A DNA stretch of 64,000 bases, taken from NCBI GenBank assembly GCA_029261035.1, contig JAJDCD010000025.1, positions 2,926-66,925 on the forward strand, read 5' to 3'. Made by a program: the position numbers and the translations under genes. How positions within the stretch are numbered: the first letter of the stretch is position 1; the number at the start of each line of letters is the position of its first letter. The DNA comes from Candidatus Omnitrophota bacterium. GTDB lineage: Bacteria; Omnitrophota; Omnitrophia; Omnitrophales; JACROU01. The notes beneath the pieces are model-generated. The model worked only from the letters and a program-made list of their open reading frames with translations. It did no database searches and was not told where the DNA came from. Shown in pieces: positions 50,871 to 63,713 of this stretch.

Positions 50871-51170
50871 TTACTCTCCAAAATTATCCAAAACTAATTT
50901 TTCAATCTCATTCAAAGCATTATCTGCATCTGAACCACACGCTTCTATAGTCAGATTCGTTCCAGGGCCAGCCGCTAGCATCATTAAACCCATGATGGAC
51001 TTTCCATTCACCTTTTGCTTACCCTTTTTAACAGTAATCTCACTTTCAAACTTACTTGTTAATTGCACAAATAAGGCAGCTGGTCGAGCATGCAAACCAA
51101 GCTCATTCTTAATTAAAACTTTTTTATGTTTTGTCTCTTTATTATGAGACTCTTGCGACTTGTTTATCAT
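50871..51170 (-). CDS. ptsH: Phosphocarrier protein HPr
   Basis: GLHARPAA and NGKSIMGLMML motifs. Confidence 0.96.
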   Translation of the reverse strand: MINKSQESHNKETKHKKVLIKNELGLHARPAALFVQLTSKFESEITVKKGKQKVNGKSIMGLMMLAAGPGTNLTIEACGSDADNALNEIEKLVLDNFGE

Positions 51171-52419
51171 TTTGATTTCTTATCTCCTCAAACCGTTCAA
51201 AAATCACTTGGCATAATTTTTCTGAATGATGCCTAACTTGGCCATCTACTTGTATTACTTCACCCGTTAAAACTTCATAACCTTCTTCAATCACTCTTTC
51301 AATATCTAAATCTACAGGTGAAGCCCCTTGTTTTTCATAGTGCTTTACTAAATCACTTGGCACTTCTCTCGTATTAACCACACAACTGTCTATCAAGTCT
51401 TTTGAAGTATGTTCAACGATAACACGTACATGATCATAAAGCGAAAACCTCTCTGTCTCACCAGGTTGAGTCATCACATTAGCAATATAAACCTTATAAG
51501 CGTCGGACTCCAAAATTTTCTGCTGAATGTCTTCAACTAACAAGTTAGGCAATACACTTGTGTACAAACTACCAGGCCCATAAATAATAATATCCGCATT
51601 CTCAATTGCATCCAAAGCTTCAGGGCTTGCTTTCACATCCGAAGGTTTAAGTTTAAGCTCTCTAATTTTTTTGCATTCATCCGTAATATTTGTCTCACCT
51701 TCAGAAATAGTTCCATCTTCAAATTCAGCAACAAGAGTAACTTTATCCAAACAGGTAGGGATCACTCTCCCTCGAATAGCTAACACTTTACTGGACTCTT
51801 TGATTGCTTGATCAAAATCACCAGTTACTTTTGATAAAGCTGTAATAAATAAGTTACCAAAACTATGTCCCTTAAGACCATCCCCTTGTTCAAATCGATA
51901 TTGAAACAACTTTCCCATCAAAGGTTCCTGGTCAGCCAAAGCAACCAAACAACTCCTAATATCCCCAGGAGGCAACATATCTAATTCATCCCTTAAACGC
52001 CCCGAGCTTCCCCCTGTATCTGTCACCGTAACAACGGCTGTAATATTAGTCGTAAATTTTTTAACTCCTTGTAAAAGAACACTCAACCCTGTGCCGCCCC
52101 CCATCACAACCACTCTTGGAGCTCTTTCCAAAACACGTTCATTTCTATTTTGGTAAACAATATCTACGAGTTCTTCATTTTTAGCTCTTGGCATCAAAGC
52201 ACGTACAAAGGTGCGAAGCATATTTTTTACAGCCACAATAACTAGAAATACCCCTATAATCAAAACGGCCGTAGCAAATGACGCTAACAACAAATTAGAA
52301 TGAGCAATATTCTTAACAGCTCCTAATGCTACCAATACAAGAAGAGATAACCCAAGAGAGCACAAAAAAACCCATCGTTTCACGCCCATCCCCGGATACA
52401 ACCACTTAAAAAAATTCAA
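51142..52419 (-). CDS. yvcK: YvcK/GlmR family protein with two N-terminal TM helices
   Basis: GGGTGLS, DTGGSSGRLR, PPGDIR, GHSFGNL and GPGSLYTS motifs. Confidence 0.93.
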   Translation of the reverse strand: MNFFKWLYPGMGVKRWVFLCSLGLSLLVLVALGAVKNIAHSNLLLASFATAVLIIGVFLVIVAVKNMLRTFVRALMPRAKNEELVDIVYQNRNERVLERAPRVVVMGGGTGLSVLLQGVKKFTTNITAVVTVTDTGGSSGRLRDELDMLPPGDIRSCLVALADQEPLMGKLFQYRFEQGDGLKGHSFGNLFITALSKVTGDFDQAIKESSKVLAIRGRVIPTCLDKVTLVAEFEDGTISEGETNITDECKKIRELKLKPSDVKASPEALDAIENADIIIYGPGSLYTSVLPNLLVEDIQQKILESDAYKVYIANVMTQPGETERFSLYDHVRVIVEHTSKDLIDSCVVNTREVPSDLVKHYEKQGASPVDLDIERVIEEGYEVLTGEVIQVDGQVRHHSEKLCQVIFERFEEIRNQNDKQVARVS

Positions 52420-52440
52420 ATTTTCTCTCCTTTAAATTTA

Positions 52441-53391
52441 CTAATCACTACCATCTGCCTCTGCCATTTTTTGAATTAACTCTTCGTTAAAACGTTTAGC
52501 AGAATGAATTCCCATTCTTTTAAGCCTTTGGTTCAACGCCGCAACCTCAACTAAAACAGGGATATTCCTACCAGGAATTACAGGAATTACCATATGAGGC
52601 AATGAGACGCCTAAACAATCATACTTACCTTCCTCTAATCCCACACGATCATATTCAATATTTTTATCCCATTGTTCCAAAGTCACAGCCAACAAAATTC
52701 TCTTTTGGTTTCTGACCGACCCAACACCAAACAAAGTCATCATGTCTATAATTCCCAGACCTCTAATTTCCATATGATGTCGAATAACTTTACTAGAAAA
52801 ACCAATCAAAACTTCTCCAGGAGTCAGCTTTATTTCCACACTGTCATCAGCCACTAAACGCTGCCCTCTTTCGACTAACTCCAAAGCCGTTTCAGACTTA
52901 CCCACTCCACTTTTTCCCAAAAGCAAAGTTCCTACACCGTACACGTCTAAAAGAGTCCCATGCACCACTCTTCTTGGAGCTAATTCCTCATCAATATACT
53001 GAGTTATTTTACTGATCAGAGTCGTAGTCTTCAGTGGAGACCTAAAAACAGGAACTTTATATCTAAGTGCATATTCTAAAAAAACTGGAGACAAAGTTTG
53101 GTTCTTTGCACAAACAATACACGGCATTTTGTAACCAAAAAACCGCTTTAAAATCTCTTCAAATTTACCAGATTTTTGCTTATTAATATAACTCACTTCC
53201 GTTCTTCCTAAAATTTGAACACGGTCGTAAGAAAAGTAATCTAAATAACCCGCTAACGCTAATCCTGGACGATGAATTTCTGAGGATTTAATTTTGCGAC
53301 TGAGAGAAAGCGCAGGGGTACTTAATTTAAGTTTAAGAGCATCTTTAAGATTGTCAAATAGGTCTTTGACAAGACATGATGGAGTAGACAT
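52441..53391 (-). CDS. hprK: HPr kinase/phosphorylase
   Basis: GKSGVGKSETALEL, LVADD and EIRGLGII motifs. Confidence 0.97.
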   Translation of the reverse strand: MSTPSCLVKDLFDNLKDALKLKLSTPALSLSRKIKSSEIHRPGLALAGYLDYFSYDRVQILGRTEVSYINKQKSGKFEEILKRFFGYKMPCIVCAKNQTLSPVFLEYALRYKVPVFRSPLKTTTLISKITQYIDEELAPRRVVHGTLLDVYGVGTLLLGKSGVGKSETALELVERGQRLVADDSVEIKLTPGEVLIGFSSKVIRHHMEIRGLGIIDMMTLFGVGSVRNQKRILLAVTLEQWDKNIEYDRVGLEEGKYDCLGVSLPHMVIPVIPGRNIPVLVEVAALNQRLKRMGIHSAKRFNEELIQKMAEADGSD

Positions 53392-53408
53392 AACGGGTGA
53401 TTAAGGAA

Positions 53409-53873
53409 TTAGACTTTCCTTTCCTCTTCCTTCACAACGAGATCATAAACAGCAGTCTCTGAGTCTGATTTTCGAATCAAATCGCAAAAATAGTTATCTC
53501 TTAGTAAACGAGATACCTTAGCCAACGCTTTTAAATGAGGGCCCGCTGAATTCTTTGGGGCAATCAACAAGAAAAAGATATAGACCAGTTCACCATCTAA
53601 TGAATCAAAATTTACACCATTTCTACTAATTCCCAAGCAGGCAGATAACTCTTTAACTTTATCTGTTTTACCATGAGGGATTGCAATACCCTGACCGATT
53701 CCTGTGGAACCCAAATTCTCTCTTTCAATTAAAGATTTAACGATAGCTTTTTTATCACCAACATCTTTAACTTTAGATAAATGAGCCACTAATTCTTGCA
53801 AAACACCTTCTTTATCTGTTGACTGTACATCTATTGCAATTGCTTTAGGATCTAAAATATCTGTAATCTTCAT
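53409..53873 (-). CDS. ptsN: PTS EIIA component (Ntr/fructose type)
   Basis: RENLGSTGIGQGIAIPH and FDSLDG motifs; follows hpf. Confidence 0.9.
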   Translation of the reverse strand: MKITDILDPKAIAIDVQSTDKEGVLQELVAHLSKVKDVGDKKAIVKSLIERENLGSTGIGQGIAIPHGKTDKVKELSACLGISRNGVNFDSLDGELVYIFFLLIAPKNSAGPHLKALAKVSRLLRDNYFCDLIRKSDSETAVYDLVVKEEERKV

Positions 53874-53974
53874 GTGGACTCACTTACCCCTTTCAAGCCG
53901 TTTAATATTTTTAATATTTAGAACATTATATCTACTTCAACCACTAAAAACAGGTTTTTTAATCAGAAATACAC

Positions 53975-54520
53975 TTACGCTTCTGGTTCAATCAAACCAA
54001 AATCACCATTTTCTTTCTTAAACAACACATTAATCCATTCTGTTTCTGCATTCTGAAATACCCAAAGATCTTTATTAGACAGATCAAACTGCATTTTCGC
54101 TTCTTCTAGACTCATAGGCTTAGTCTCATAAGTTTCACGAATCAACTTAGGAGATTCCTCCACATCACCCACTAGAGTATTTTCCTCAACAACATCTGCC
54201 GCTCGAGGAGCTTTATGCTCCGTAATACGCTCTCGTTTTTTCTTTAATTGCGTTTCGATACGATCACAAGCACGGTCTAATGCAACATACAAATTCTCTT
54301 CACTAGATCCCTCAGCGTATAGATGAATATTCTGTCCATTTACAGAAACTTCAGCTGTGCTTAAATACTTTTCAACTTTCAAAACAATATGAGATTCGTC
54401 CACTGCAGAAAAGAAATGCTGCATCTTCAAAATCCTTTCTTCAATATATTCTTTTAAACCCGATTGGACTTCCAAATGTTGTTTTCCGGTAATTGATATT
54501 TGCATTATATGCCTCCACAC
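53975..54520 (-). CDS. hpf: Ribosome hibernation promoting factor, long form
   Basis: MQISITGKQHLEV N-domain plus C-terminal KPMSLEEA...FGLIEP; probable start at MQIS (54505). Confidence 0.92.
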   Translation of the reverse strand: MWRHIMQISITGKQHLEVQSGLKEYIEERILKMQHFFSAVDESHIVLKVEKYLSTAEVSVNGQNIHLYAEGSSEENLYVALDRACDRIETQLKKKRERITEHKAPRAADVVEENTLVGDVEESPKLIRETYETKPMSLEEAKMQFDLSNKDLWVFQNAETEWINVLFKKENGDFGLIEPEA

Positions 54521-54576
54521 TTATTAATACTTAAAACGTTTGTAAATTAAATCAGCTTTGTGTGCCCCATGTTATT

Positions 54577-54605
54577 GTGTGCCAGGTCTTTCAGACCCCG
54601 CACAC
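54577..54605. repeat. REP-like palindrome GTGTGCCAGGTCTTTCAGACCCCGCACAC, copy 2
   Basis: Reverse complement of 42379-42406 except for the loop. Confidence 0.75.
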
Positions 54606-54677
54606 TCGACACCTAACTTTGTGGTTCCATATAAGCCTATATGATTTGAATCTAACTCATTACTTTGAGATCAGAAG

Positions 54678-55403
54678 CTAGGCCAATTGAAACTTCTCTC
54701 CTAAATAGATCTCTTTAGCTCTTTTATCTGTAGCCAAGAAATCTGAACTCCCTGATGTTAAAATTTGACCATCTGCAATAATATAAGAACGATCTGTGAT
54801 TGCCAATGTCTCTCTTACATTATGATCCGTCAGCAATATGCTCAACCTTTGAGTCTTTAAACGTAATAAAATCTTTTGAACCTCAAATACAGCTATAGGA
54901 TCCACACCACTAAATGGCTCATCCAACAAAATCAATGAAGGGTTCGTTACTAATGCTCTGGTAATCTCCAACCGTCTTCTCTCTCCACCAGAAAGAGTGT
55001 ACGCTTTATTCTTAGCTAAATGTGTAATATCGAGTTCCTGAAGCAATTTCTTGAGGCGAACTTCCCTTTCCTTACGAGTAATATCTAAAGTTTCTAGAAT
55101 TGCCATAATATTATCTTCAACAGAGAGCTTACGAAAAATAGAAGGTTCTTGAGCTAGATACCCTATCCCTAAACGAGCCCTCTTATACATAGGTAAAGCT
55201 GTTATATTCTCTCCTCTAAAAAAAATATCCCCTGCTTCAGGCTTAATAACACCAGTAATCATATAAAATGAAGTTGTTTTCCCGGCACCGTTAGGCCCCA
55301 AAAGACCAACAATCTCACCTGGCTTAATGTTAATAGAAACCTTATTAACAACCGTTCTTCCTTTATACGACTTAACTAACTGCTTTGTCTCTAACAAAAA
55401 CAT
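54678..55403 (-). CDS. lptB: LPS export ABC transporter ATPase
   Basis: GPNGAGKTT, LSGGERRR, LLDEPF and TDHNVRETL motifs. Confidence 0.97.
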   Translation of the reverse strand: MFLLETKQLVKSYKGRTVVNKVSINIKPGEIVGLLGPNGAGKTTSFYMITGVIKPEAGDIFFRGENITALPMYKRARLGIGYLAQEPSIFRKLSVEDNIMAILETLDITRKEREVRLKKLLQELDITHLAKNKAYTLSGGERRRLEITRALVTNPSLILLDEPFSGVDPIAVFEVQKILLRLKTQRLSILLTDHNVRETLAITDRSYIIADGQILTSGSSDFLATDKRAKEIYLGEKFQLA

Positions 55404-55428
55404 ACAAACTCTTTTCTGTTGAAAATAA

Positions 55429-56340
55429 TTAAGATGTACTACCCGGAGACATCATTGTATCAAAGTCTTTCATGCCCTTAGAATCGCTTCCCATAAAATA
55501 AAGAGCTTCTGAATTCCCCCCTAAAATAATACGTCCTTCTTCTGCCATATACACAACATTGTCACTATATGTTTCATTGCCATTTTCATCAATAATAATT
55601 ACATTACCTTCAGCAACTATCTTAGCAACCCGTTTAGTCTGTTTGTTATAAAAAACTTCCATTTTATCTGCAATAAGCTTTCCTCTAGAGTCCACAGCAA
55701 CCACATTATCATAAAAACGCGCTATATTGTTATCATAATCAATATCCAAAGGACCCTCACATGTAATCTTTGTGGGTACGCTTTTTCCATCATCATCATT
55801 TTGAATCACAACCGTAACATTCTTTTTGAATTGCACATTTTTAATCTGAGAATCTCCGTAAACTCCATCACCCTTCACATTGATATTGTCTTTTTCAACA
55901 ACGGCTGTTGATTCACTCTCTATCAAACGTTCATTAGGAGTAATATCTAATGTATCTGTAATTAAACGAGCGCCATTTTCGGCTGTCGCAACAACATTGT
56001 TTTCTAAATAAACTTTTCCTGTACCTTTATCAAAAACCCCATCATCTGCTGTTAAAGTCACCGGCTGTTCATCCGCATAAGCTTTCGCAATAATGTTATT
56101 CAAAACAACTCTTCTAGAAAAAATATCTGCAGAATCACCATCAATTTCGAGCTCTTTGTTTCCATTAGTGGCGTATTTAGAAAAGCTAAAGGTATAAACT
56201 TTATGCCCTTCTTCTAACGCAACTTCTTCCTTAATTATTTCGGGAATAGGGTTATTTGAAGAAACATAAACCTTAAATACCACAGAACCAATATAAAAGA
56301 CACCCACAACCAAACTAAAAAATATAAACCGTTTTATCAT
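55429..56340 (-). CDS. LptC-like protein with fused LptA/OstA-like domain
   Basis: N-terminal TM segment plus two beta-jellyroll-like halves (LTADDGVFD..VYLENNVV; IARFYDNVV..IADKMEVFY..AEGNVII); directly upstream of lptB. Confidence 0.78.
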   Translation of the reverse strand: MIKRFIFFSLVVGVFYIGSVVFKVYVSSNNPIPEIIKEEVALEEGHKVYTFSFSKYATNGNKELEIDGDSADIFSRRVVLNNIIAKAYADEQPVTLTADDGVFDKGTGKVYLENNVVATAENGARLITDTLDITPNERLIESESTAVVEKDNINVKGDGVYGDSQIKNVQFKKNVTVVIQNDDDGKSVPTKITCEGPLDIDYDNNIARFYDNVVAVDSRGKLIADKMEVFYNKQTKRVAKIVAEGNVIIIDENGNETYSDNVVYMAEEGRIILGGNSEALYFMGSDSKGMKDFDTMMSPGSTS

Positions 56341-56382
56341 TAAAACAACTCCTTATATAAAATATTTCTCATTTCGAGACTA

Positions 56383-57309
56383 CTATAAATGAGTCGTAGC
56401 AATCTCTGAGGCCTCACTCTCAGGCCTGGTTTTCCATCTTCGATGCATCCATGCCCATTGTTCTGGGTACTTCAATACATATGCTGCAATTTGATCATTC
56501 CACAAACGAGTGATTCGATCTATTTCTTCTGTTCTATCCGCATCCTTATTCGGATAAATAGGCTCTTCTACTTTCAAACGATAATGCTTTCCATCTCTTA
56601 CCATAAAAGCAGGAACAATTGGAGCTCCTGTAGCCAAACTCAGTCTTGCCGGCGAATCTGGCGTATAAGCCAACTTTCCTAAAAACGGAACAAAAATACC
56701 TTCAATCGTATTTACATCTTGATCAGCAACAATTCCTAAAATCTGATTATTCTTCAACAGTCTCAACAAAGGTCTTGGAGAATCATCTCGATAAAAAGTT
56801 TTAACTCCTTTAGATAACCTTGTATTAACAATTAGACTATTATACGGTTCATAATAGATTCGACGGCCAACAACAGCACCTTCGTAACCTAAAATTGAAA
56901 AAGTTGCCGCAAGCATTTCCCAATTCCCAAAATGACCCGTAACAAGAATTGCGCCTTTTCCCTGATCTAATATCTTCTGAACACGATCTACTTCATCCGT
57001 CCAATAAACTAATTTTTTCCAGTTATCCTTACTAAACCTAGGATACAAAATCCAGTCAACAGCACTCAGGGCCATATTCACAAATACGCCTCTAGCTATT
57101 TTTTGGATTTCAACATCCGTCTTTTGGTCACCATAAACTTGCTTCAAATGAGCTTCTGTCTTTAATCTTTCTTTTTTAACTAAAAGACACGACAAAGAAC
57201 CCAAAACACTCCCAATGGCCAAAGCCCAAGTTCGAGGGAGCATCCTAAAAACAAATATCCATAGCCTCAACAATAGATATAAAGGGTAACGGTACGGCTT
57301 CTTCTTCAA
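56383..57309 (-). CDS. Lipid A late acyltransferase (LpxL/HtrB family)
   Basis: HFGNWE, ADQD and PEQWAWMHRRWK motifs. Confidence 0.92.
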   Translation of the reverse strand: MKKKPYRYPLYLLLRLWIFVFRMLPRTWALAIGSVLGSLSCLLVKKERLKTEAHLKQVYGDQKTDVEIQKIARGVFVNMALSAVDWILYPRFSKDNWKKLVYWTDEVDRVQKILDQGKGAILVTGHFGNWEMLAATFSILGYEGAVVGRRIYYEPYNSLIVNTRLSKGVKTFYRDDSPRPLLRLLKNNQILGIVADQDVNTIEGIFVPFLGKLAYTPDSPARLSLATGAPIVPAFMVRDGKHYRLKVEEPIYPNKDADRTEEIDRITRLWNDQIAAYVLKYPEQWAWMHRRWKTRPESEASEIATTHL

Positions 57310-57337
57310 TTCTCTGTTTACCTCTTCAAATTAAAAT

Positions 57338-58318
57338 CTAAACAAAACCTGCTTTCAATAAATCTTGAACATCCAATAAACCAACCACTTTTTCCGCCGC
57401 ATCAATAACAGGAAGTTCATCTATTTTTCGATCTCTTAAAATCTGTAACGCTTCAGCAGCTAAACCATCTTCAGAAATAGCTAAGGGCTGTTTTGTAGCA
57501 ACGTCTGCTATCCTCTTTCTCAAAATATCAGCACCCTCTTGCTCTAAGTGCCTTCTCAAATCTCCGTCAGTAAAAATCCCTAAAAGTTTTCCTTCTTTAT
57601 CACAAATAGCACAACTTCCTGCTCTAGATTGAGTAATAACCAATAAGGCTTCTTGAACTGTAATATCTTCTTGAACAACTGGGTTCTCTGCATTTTTACG
57701 CATAATATCTTTCACTTTAAGCAATTTACGCCCCAAACTTCCCCCTGGGTGTAAAGCCGCAAAATCTTCTGACTTAAACCCTTTGCTCTCATAAACGGTC
57801 ACAGCTAAAGCATCCCCCATCGCTAAGGCCGCTGTCGTTGACGCCGTAGGGGCTAATCCCAACGGACATGCTTCTTTATCGATTTCGATATTGAGAATCA
57901 CATCTGAATGTTCAGATAATGTAGATTCTAAATTACCCGTAAGAGCAATAATCTTTGCTCCAATTTTTTTCAAATGTGCCAACAAACCTGTAATTTCTTC
58001 GGTCTCACCACTATTGGATATAGCAATAACAATATCTTCTCGTGTCACCATCCCTAAATCACCATGAATAGCTTCTGCCGGATGAAGAAACAAACTAGGA
58101 GTCCCTGTTGAAGCAAAAGTTGCTGCCATTTTCCGAGCAATAAAACCAGGCTTTCCCATTCCTGTAATCACAACCCTTCCTTTACATTCAACAATTAATC
58201 GCACTGCAATTTCAAATTGCTCATCCATATGCTCAATCAACCGACTAATAGAAAGCGCCTCGATTTCCAAAACCTGTTTTCCACTCTCAATAACTTTTGA
58301 TTCTGTTTTTTGACTCAT
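57338..58318 (-). CDS. kdsD: Arabinose-5-phosphate isomerase (KpsF/GutQ family)
   Basis: SIS domain plus CBS pair; HPAEAIHGDLG, EACPLGLAPT and HPGGSLG motifs. Confidence 0.95.
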   Translation of the reverse strand: MSQKTESKVIESGKQVLEIEALSISRLIEHMDEQFEIAVRLIVECKGRVVITGMGKPGFIARKMAATFASTGTPSLFLHPAEAIHGDLGMVTREDIVIAISNSGETEEITGLLAHLKKIGAKIIALTGNLESTLSEHSDVILNIEIDKEACPLGLAPTASTTAALAMGDALAVTVYESKGFKSEDFAALHPGGSLGRKLLKVKDIMRKNAENPVVQEDITVQEALLVITQSRAGSCAICDKEGKLLGIFTDGDLRRHLEQEGADILRKRIADVATKQPLAISEDGLAAEALQILRDRKIDELPVIDAAEKVVGLLDVQDLLKAGFV

Positions 58319-58358
58319 TATATTTCCTTTACCTCTAACATTTAGCTGATAGCTATTT

Positions 58359-60924
<2,566 letters not shown>

Positions 60925-60931
60925 CTATCCT

Positions 60932-61666
60932 CTATCCTACTGTTGTACTTAAAATTTTCTCAACAATTTGCAAATCTTCTTCTGTATCTACTCCGATAGA
61001 ATCTTTTTCTGTTTCGATTACCTTAATAGAAATACCATTATCTAAAAAACGAAGTTGTTCTAATTTCTCGCTCTTTTCCAAGAAAGATTCTTTCAAACCA
61101 GCAAAACGGCTCATAAATTCAGCCCGGTATGCGTAAATACCTAAATGTTTCCAAAACACAACCTCAGCTCCCGCTTCTCTAAAATGCGGCAATGAAGAAC
61201 GCGAGAAACAAAGAGCTTTTCCAGCTTGATCAAAAACAACTTTAACAGCATTAGGATTTAAATACTCTTGCTCATCTGTTTTTTTTACTGCAAGTGTTGC
61301 TACTAAAAACTCAGGCTCATCTTTAAAATTCTGAACCAAGCTATCAATACTTTGAGGATCCATCAAAGGCTCATCCCCTTGTATATTGACATATATATCT
61401 GCTTTTATTTTCTGAGCTATTTCATGAATGCGCTCTGTTCCACTTTGATGATTCACAGAGGTTAATAAAGCTTCTCCTCCAAAACCTTCTACAACATCTA
61501 CAATCTCTTGATCGTCACAAGCTACGATAACATCACTCAAACAACTCGCTTTTTTTACATTTTCATACACATACTGAATTAAAGGCTTGCCACAAACTTT
61601 ACGTATAAGCTTTTTGGGCAATCGTGTTGAGTCCAATCGTGCAGGAATAACACCTAAAACATTCAT
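60932..61666 (-). CDS. kdsB: CMP-KDO synthetase
   Basis: IPARLDSTRLPKK, SGTER, NIQGDEP and EKLEQLR motifs. Confidence 0.96.
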   Translation of the reverse strand: MNVLGVIPARLDSTRLPKKLIRKVCGKPLIQYVYENVKKASCLSDVIVACDDQEIVDVVEGFGGEALLTSVNHQSGTERIHEIAQKIKADIYVNIQGDEPLMDPQSIDSLVQNFKDEPEFLVATLAVKKTDEQEYLNPNAVKVVFDQAGKALCFSRSSLPHFREAGAEVVFWKHLGIYAYRAEFMSRFAGLKESFLEKSEKLEQLRFLDNGISIKVIETEKDSIGVDTEEDLQIVEKILSTTVG

Positions 61667-62766
61667 CCGAGCGTTTTTCCACTCTGAATCACTTGTATCA
61701 ACTCATCTGGAAGACACACAGCAACACCCACTTTAGAGACAACAACACCTGCCGCCAAATTAGAAATCATAGCCGCTTCTTTCATAGTTGCTCCAACAGC
61801 TAATGCTAAAGAAAACACAGAAACAACGGTATCACCCGCTCCAGCTACATCATAAACCTCTTGGGCTGCCGCCTTCACTTGAGTTACGCTTCCATCCTTT
61901 TCAAAAAGAGCCATCCCATCTTTTCCTCTAGTTAACAAAACACCATCACACCCTAACTTGTCTAATAGCTTTTGACCTACTTCTTCGATAGTTAAGTTTT
62001 GATTTTCGTGATCTTTAACGGCACCAATAGCTTCATGGTGATTTGGGGTAATTGCAGTAACACCTTCATAGTAAGAAAAGTGTTTTTCTTTGGGATCTAC
62101 AACGATTTTCTTTTTATGCTCTTTGGCAATTCCAATTACTTCTTTAAGAAGTTCTTTGGTTATTAAACCTTTACCATAATCCTCAATAATAACAACATCT
62201 ACTTGATCTATTTTCTTTGAAACAAAATCGACAATTTGCTTTGCATCTTTTTCTAAGATAGGTGAGACATTCTCTCGATCAAATCGAACCACTTGTTGAG
62301 AATGCGCAATAATTCGTGTCTTTAATGTTGTAGGTCTTTCCTTATCATAAATAATACCGTCCGTTTGAATCCCTTCTTTTCGCATCTCTTTGGTTAACAT
62401 TCTACCGTAAAGATCTCTACCCAAAACACCACAAGGATAAACTTGAGCCTTCATACACTGAATATTATGAGCTACATTCAAAGATCCCCCAGGCATAAAA
62501 GACTGTTCTTTAACATTAACAACTGGAACAGGTGCTTCTGGGGAGATACGGTTAACGTCACCCCAAATAAATTCATCTAAAATGAAGTCACCAATAACCA
62601 ATATTTTAGCTTTGGAGAAACTACGCACAATTTCACTAAAACGTGTACTTGTAGCCTCATCTAATGTTAATGATTTTTCTTCCATTGTACTTTCCATATA
62701 AGGTTGCCCCGATTTTTGCTTCAAATTTAAACTGCCCATTATACTAGAAAACCTTGTAAAAGACAC
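61663..62766 (-). CDS. D-glycero-D-manno-heptose-7-phosphate kinase (RfaE domain I, standalone); true start probably ~62698
   Basis: RISPEAPVPV, DYGKG, VDPK, TPNHHE and DVAGAGDTV motifs. Confidence 0.93.
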   Translation of the reverse strand: MSFTRFSSIMGSLNLKQKSGQPYMESTMEEKSLTLDEATSTRFSEIVRSFSKAKILVIGDFILDEFIWGDVNRISPEAPVPVVNVKEQSFMPGGSLNVAHNIQCMKAQVYPCGVLGRDLYGRMLTKEMRKEGIQTDGIIYDKERPTTLKTRIIAHSQQVVRFDRENVSPILEKDAKQIVDFVSKKIDQVDVVIIEDYGKGLITKELLKEVIGIAKEHKKKIVVDPKEKHFSYYEGVTAITPNHHEAIGAVKDHENQNLTIEEVGQKLLDKLGCDGVLLTRGKDGMALFEKDGSVTQVKAAAQEVYDVAGAGDTVVSVFSLALAVGATMKEAAMISNLAAGVVVSKVGVAVCLPDELIQVIQSGKTLG

Positions 62767-62812
62767 CTAAATGGCTTGATTTTGAGATGGCTTTGCTAGG
62801 ATTTAGGACCCA

Positions 62813-63712
62813 TTATGCTGCTTTTCCAGCATATATGTTCTCTCTAGACTCCATAACGATATGCAAAGACCCTGCAAAAATCACTTTCATTTTAGCCATA
62901 ATAGGGATTCTCTCTGGGCTTGCCGTAACCAAAACAGACCCTCTTCCCTTCATATAATCTTTATCCCCTTTTTTCACTTTCGGCTCAATAACAAAAACCG
63001 GGGTTTTTTCTTCATTTTTCAGATTATCCTTACCTCTCACATGAAAGGTAACTTCATAGTTTTTCTGGTCAGAATGAACTATGGTTCTAAACTGTTTTCC
63101 AATTTCAAAATCTTGATATCGATACCAATAACAAACAGAAATAATATCTCTCATATCTTCAGGCATATCGTATTCTTTAACTTGATCTTTATCTCTATCT
63201 GTAAATGTTACTTTTTTATTTTTATAATCAAAGTCATAAGTTTCATTGTAGACATGTCGCCCTTCAGATGCATTCCGAATATATCTTAAGGTATACAAAT
63301 TTTCTGCATCAATATAAGTTTCATGAACATCTCTAACTTTATAAACCAAATCTACAACAGAGCTCGTTTGAGCCAACGCTTCAACGTGATATGCTTTTCT
63401 TCCATTAATCTCAACAAGATCTTTAACCGTAATCGTTGCCTTTCCAGCCTCAACTCCCCACCAACGAATACTCATAGTAACGCTTTCCCCAACCTCTAAA
63501 AGCCCTTTTCCATCGTCTTCTATTTTCTTAATATCATACTTTTTAGACGTTTCTTCTAAATTTTTCTTTAATTTATCCGAAAAAATTTCTTCGGAATACA
63601 GCTCTTCAGTGCTAAGAGAAGATGCGTTCTTATGCCATCGCGGTTGAAATGAACAAGCACTTATCGTAAATATTAAAACCAACAAACAAATTGATAGTAA
63701 TTTTTTTTTCAT
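62813..63712 (-). CDS. Lipoprotein, DUF3108-like
   Basis: Lipobox ISA-C; GESVTMSIRWWGVEAG, YKVRD and ERIPI patterns. Confidence 0.7.
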   Translation of the reverse strand: MKKKLLSICLLVLIFTISACSFQPRWHKNASSLSTEELYSEEIFSDKLKKNLEETSKKYDIKKIEDDGKGLLEVGESVTMSIRWWGVEAGKATITVKDLVEINGRKAYHVEALAQTSSVVDLVYKVRDVHETYIDAENLYTLRYIRNASEGRHVYNETYDFDYKNKKVTFTDRDKDQVKEYDMPEDMRDIISVCYWYRYQDFEIGKQFRTIVHSDQKNYEVTFHVRGKDNLKNEEKTPVFVIEPKVKKGDKDYMKGRGSVLVTASPERIPIMAKMKVIFAGSLHIVMESRENIYAGKAA

Positions 63713-63713
63713 T

